A DNA stretch of 64,000 nt from Amphiscolops sp. MND2022 (lineage: Eukaryota): assembly GCA_964187785.1 (NCBI GenBank), contig OZ076409.1, positions 73,162,001 to 73,226,000 on the forward strand, read 5' to 3'. Below are positions 61,241-64,000 of the stretch, one piece after another (position 1 is the first letter of the stretch; every line of letters starts with the position of its first letter). The translations under genes were made by a program, and so were the position numbers. The notes under the pieces were generated by a model. The model did no database searches. It had not been told where the DNA came from and saw nothing but the letters and a program-made list of their open reading frames with translations.

Positions 61241-64000
61241 GTGGGCGGGGGTAATTCCCCAACAAAAAAATCGGCCGGCGGGTCGGGTCCTGCCGGCCGT
61301 CCAAAATCAAAATCCTCCTAGTAGAAAACGGCCGGTCAAACGAGCTATTTTTTTATTTAACCGTTAGAATTTGGGTTTAGATTGCATGCGGCCATGAAAT
61401 GGCCATACGAATGGAAGTTCCTGCTGACGTTTTGCGATTGAAACACTTTATAAAAAGTTATGGCCAATTTGTCATTCACCTAGAAGGGCAAAATGAGGAA
61501 AATTTTAACAAAGTCACTGATAACTCAAAATGTAATAATTTTTGGACTTTGACAGTGAAACAAGCTTGGAACTGTCATTTCGTGGCTGTGGCATTGCACT
61601 GAACACAAAAGATGTAAAGTTTTCACATTTTTTGAAAATTCGACATTTTTGAATTTTTTTTCACTACTATCAGTACACTATATGTCAAAAACGCCTCTGA
61701 AAAAAATTTTTAATTGCTTAAAATTAGAAACCTTGGTATCCATGGTTTCCGTCAGTACCTACTCGCTGCCAAACGCTCAACAGTTTGCATCCAATGTGAA
61801 AATATAATTTTTTTCGAGGTCATAGGTGTTTCACAAGGATTTCTCAACTTAGTATCTATTTACAAATTGGTCATTTTGAACACATTATTTTCATCGAAGC
61901 GTGTCAGATACCACCCTAATGCTCACGAATGGGCCTACTGGCAACGTTGGAACCATTTTTAGTAATAGAAAGTATTAAAAAAAATATTTTCACCCGGTCT
62001 TCAGTCATTTTTCAGACATTCGGTACTTAACTTAGAAAAATTTCGCATCAAAAACCCATATTTGGTAGGGTCGAAATTTGAAATTCAGTTTTTTATGCAA
62101 AATTATTAACTCTGACGTAACCAGTGGAGCCCATGATACTCAAAAACACGATTGGGACTGGTATCAGTGGCTCCAATAACATATGAGCCGCGATAAGACG
62201 TTATTCAGAGCAAACGCTCTAAATCGAAGTAAACATCTCTGAAGCCTGGGATCACAGTGAAATGTGATATCACCAAAAGTTTACTCTTTTTTGTCAATCA
62301 CTATGTACACAGAGTGCGTAGGGTGAGTTTCAGGACTATAATGAGGTTTTTGAAGTAATCGCGCTGCTCAAGGGGTGGTATGAGACTATTTTTTCCCAAA
62401 TATACTACTACATTTCCATAAATTTGCAGTCCATTGTCTTGGAAAGATAACTTCACAAAAACAATTTTTCTACTCTATTCAGTTATTAGAATAAAGTTGA
62501 ACACTGTGGTTGATCAGAAATGCTCAATTCTTTTGGTTTTTAAAAAATTTCCTTCGCATTCGTTACATTTGTGGAAGGAAGGTTATCAGTAGCTCCAAAA
62601 AAACGAAATTTAGCACGAACAGACATGCAACGATGCAAAGCAAAAACGTTTTTACAACTTCCGACATCATTATTTTACCCAAGAAGTTCGAAAATATCAT
62701 TCGCAATGCTGTCATTCGCTATATATACGATCGCGGTCAATTTACAAACATTTAGATTTCATTGTTCTGCTTGAAAACCAATTTTTGTCAGGTCGAAATT
62801 TTAAATTTTGCCTGGGGAGCAATACCCTTCACGCTGAAGTAAACAGTGGGGGCCAAGTTACTCAAAAACAAGAAAGAGACTGCTACAATATGTCCTAATA
62901 ACATATGGACCACGATAGTACGTTTTTCACACAAAAAACTCTCATCCGAAGTAAATATGTTGAAAGCTTTTAATCACCGTGAGAAGTGATTTCATCAAAA
63001 AATAACTCTTTTTTGTCAATCACTATTTACACGGAATTTGTAAAGTTAGTTTGAGTCATGAAATGACGCTTTACCGTAATATGGGTTGCTCAAGGTGTTA
63101 TATAAGACAAAAACTTCCTCTTTTCTACTAGCTTCTTCAAATATTTCAACCCTTTGTCACAATAAGTTAATATTCAAAATCTCTTTGAAATGTATCTTTA
63201 TGTTGGGGTGAAGTCTAAGAACAATAACTATGATCGAAGAATGCTAGTACTGGTGTTTGAACCATGTCCGGATGAACAAATCACAAAATCATCAAAAAAT
63301 TGTTCCCTTTTTTGGTTATTTTGGCAGTACTAAAAATGTTAGCCGATAAATAATTTTTTCGATGGCACCATTGGATTCCTCTCAAAAAGTTGGTTATATG
63401 ACCTGTGTAATAACCCCGTATCTTTTCAATTTAAATATATTTAAAAAGCCAACTATTTTGACCAAAATCCTAAAAATCATACCATTTCCTAAAAATTTTC
63501 AAATGCACCCCATTTGACGTATAAGATAAGCACAGAAAACTATCATATACCGATCAACTCTACTCCTATTGTAGATTATTAGAATTTTGTTTAGAATGAA
63601 TTTTGATGAATATTAAAAAAATTTTGAACCCTCCAAAAATGGGCCAAAATTACACGAAAAAATTGACCTTAAAATACCAAAATGTCAAAAAATCATCAAA
63701 ACCCAGGCTTCTTGGGGTTCTATCAACTCCGCGTGGTCCACAGAGTATGCTAAAACAGGTTTTACCCGTTTTTGAGCAATGTGTGAAAAAACCGACATTT
63801 TTGGGAAAGAAAAACATACCATTTCCTAAAAAAATTCAAATGCACGTCATTTGCCGTATTAGAATAGCACAGAAAACTATCACATACCAATCAACTCTAC
63901 TTTCATTGCAGATGAACAGAATTTTGTTTAGAATAAATTTTACCGGATAATAAAAAAAATTGAATCCTTCAAAAATGGGCCAAAAATACACGAAAAAATG
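61241..64000 (+). mobile_element. Type K unit, 3'-truncated by window edge
   Basis: Near-identical to the 56480 unit at offset ~4761 (ORFs 56953/61714 and 58840/63603). Confidence 0.75.
63478..64000 (+). repeat. Start of the ~336-bp internal tandem repeat (truncated)
   Basis: Anchor at 63478 and 63815. Confidence 0.85.

Larger units (their letters stand above)
1..64000 (+). repeat. Head-to-tail heterogeneous array of 34 non-coding mobile-element-like units joined at CTAG|GTG
   Basis: CTAGGTG junctions with the last G of CTAG at 963, 2278, 3592, 4878, 6151, 7420, 8702, 9970, 11253, 12645, 14020, 16205, 17480, 19859, 21130, 22408, 24787, 27165, 28554, 29825, 31808, 33814, 35803, 37790, 39774, 44537, 46519, 48504, 50490, 52499, 54496, 56479, 61240. 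30 of 33 are preceded ~43-58 nt upstream by the GGGCATGCCGAGGCATGCCC palindrome or a close variant. Confidence 0.93.

Noticed and set aside
1..64000. Bacterial integron with attC cassettes
   Set aside because: Units carry no ORFs, the GTTRRRY/RYYYAAC core sites are not at the junctions, and there is no intI. The analogy is organisational only.
1..64000. rDNA, 5S, tRNA, snRNA or histone tandem gene cluster
   Set aside because: I recognise no rRNA, tRNA cloverleaf, snRNA or histone sequence in any unit; an Rfam scan was not possible.
1..64000. TIR DNA transposons (MITEs) or LTR/SINE retroelements
   Set aside because: Unit ends are not inverted repeats of each other, and there are no TSDs, TG...CA LTR ends, poly(A) tails or clear Pol III A/B boxes.
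1..64000. Pure assembly artefact of collapsed repeats
   Set aside because: Most copies carry private substitutions and indels, and the types differ greatly. Only the near-identical E, B and K duplicates could be artefactual and need read support.

Overview
The window contains no credible protein-coding, rRNA or tRNA gene. It is a same-orientation, head-to-tail array of 34 non-coding units (32 complete, 2 cut by the window edges), AT-rich and probably from a eukaryote. All 33 junctions read CTAG|GTG, with no spacer and no target-site duplication. The units fall into about 11 sequence types: ~1.27-1.39 kb types A, B, C, D, F, G, H; a 2.19 kb chimera X; a 2.38 kb type E; a ~1.98-2.01 kb type J; and a 4.76 kb type K. 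Copies of one type occur next to different neighbours, with identity stopping at the CTAG|GTG junction, so the units behave like discrete, shuffled cassettes rather than a simple satellite. Unit interiors diverge, but most units share an end architecture: (i) a 5' hairpin with covarying stems and a conserved NNGGGY loop ~41-58 nt after the junction; (ii) one of two long subterminal hairpins; (iii) CAACGCC direct repeats followed by the palindrome GGGCATGCC-GA-GGCATGCCC, which shows compensatory changes and matches a p53-family site; and (iv) often a short GC hairpin just before CTAG. The 3' end resembles a Helitron end (hairpin + CTAG), but the 5' end is GTG rather than TC. My best inference is a site-specific cassette array of non-autonomous rolling-circle or recombinase-mobilised elements whose enzyme is encoded outside the window. 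Coordinates were counted by eye, and no alignments or database searches were run.
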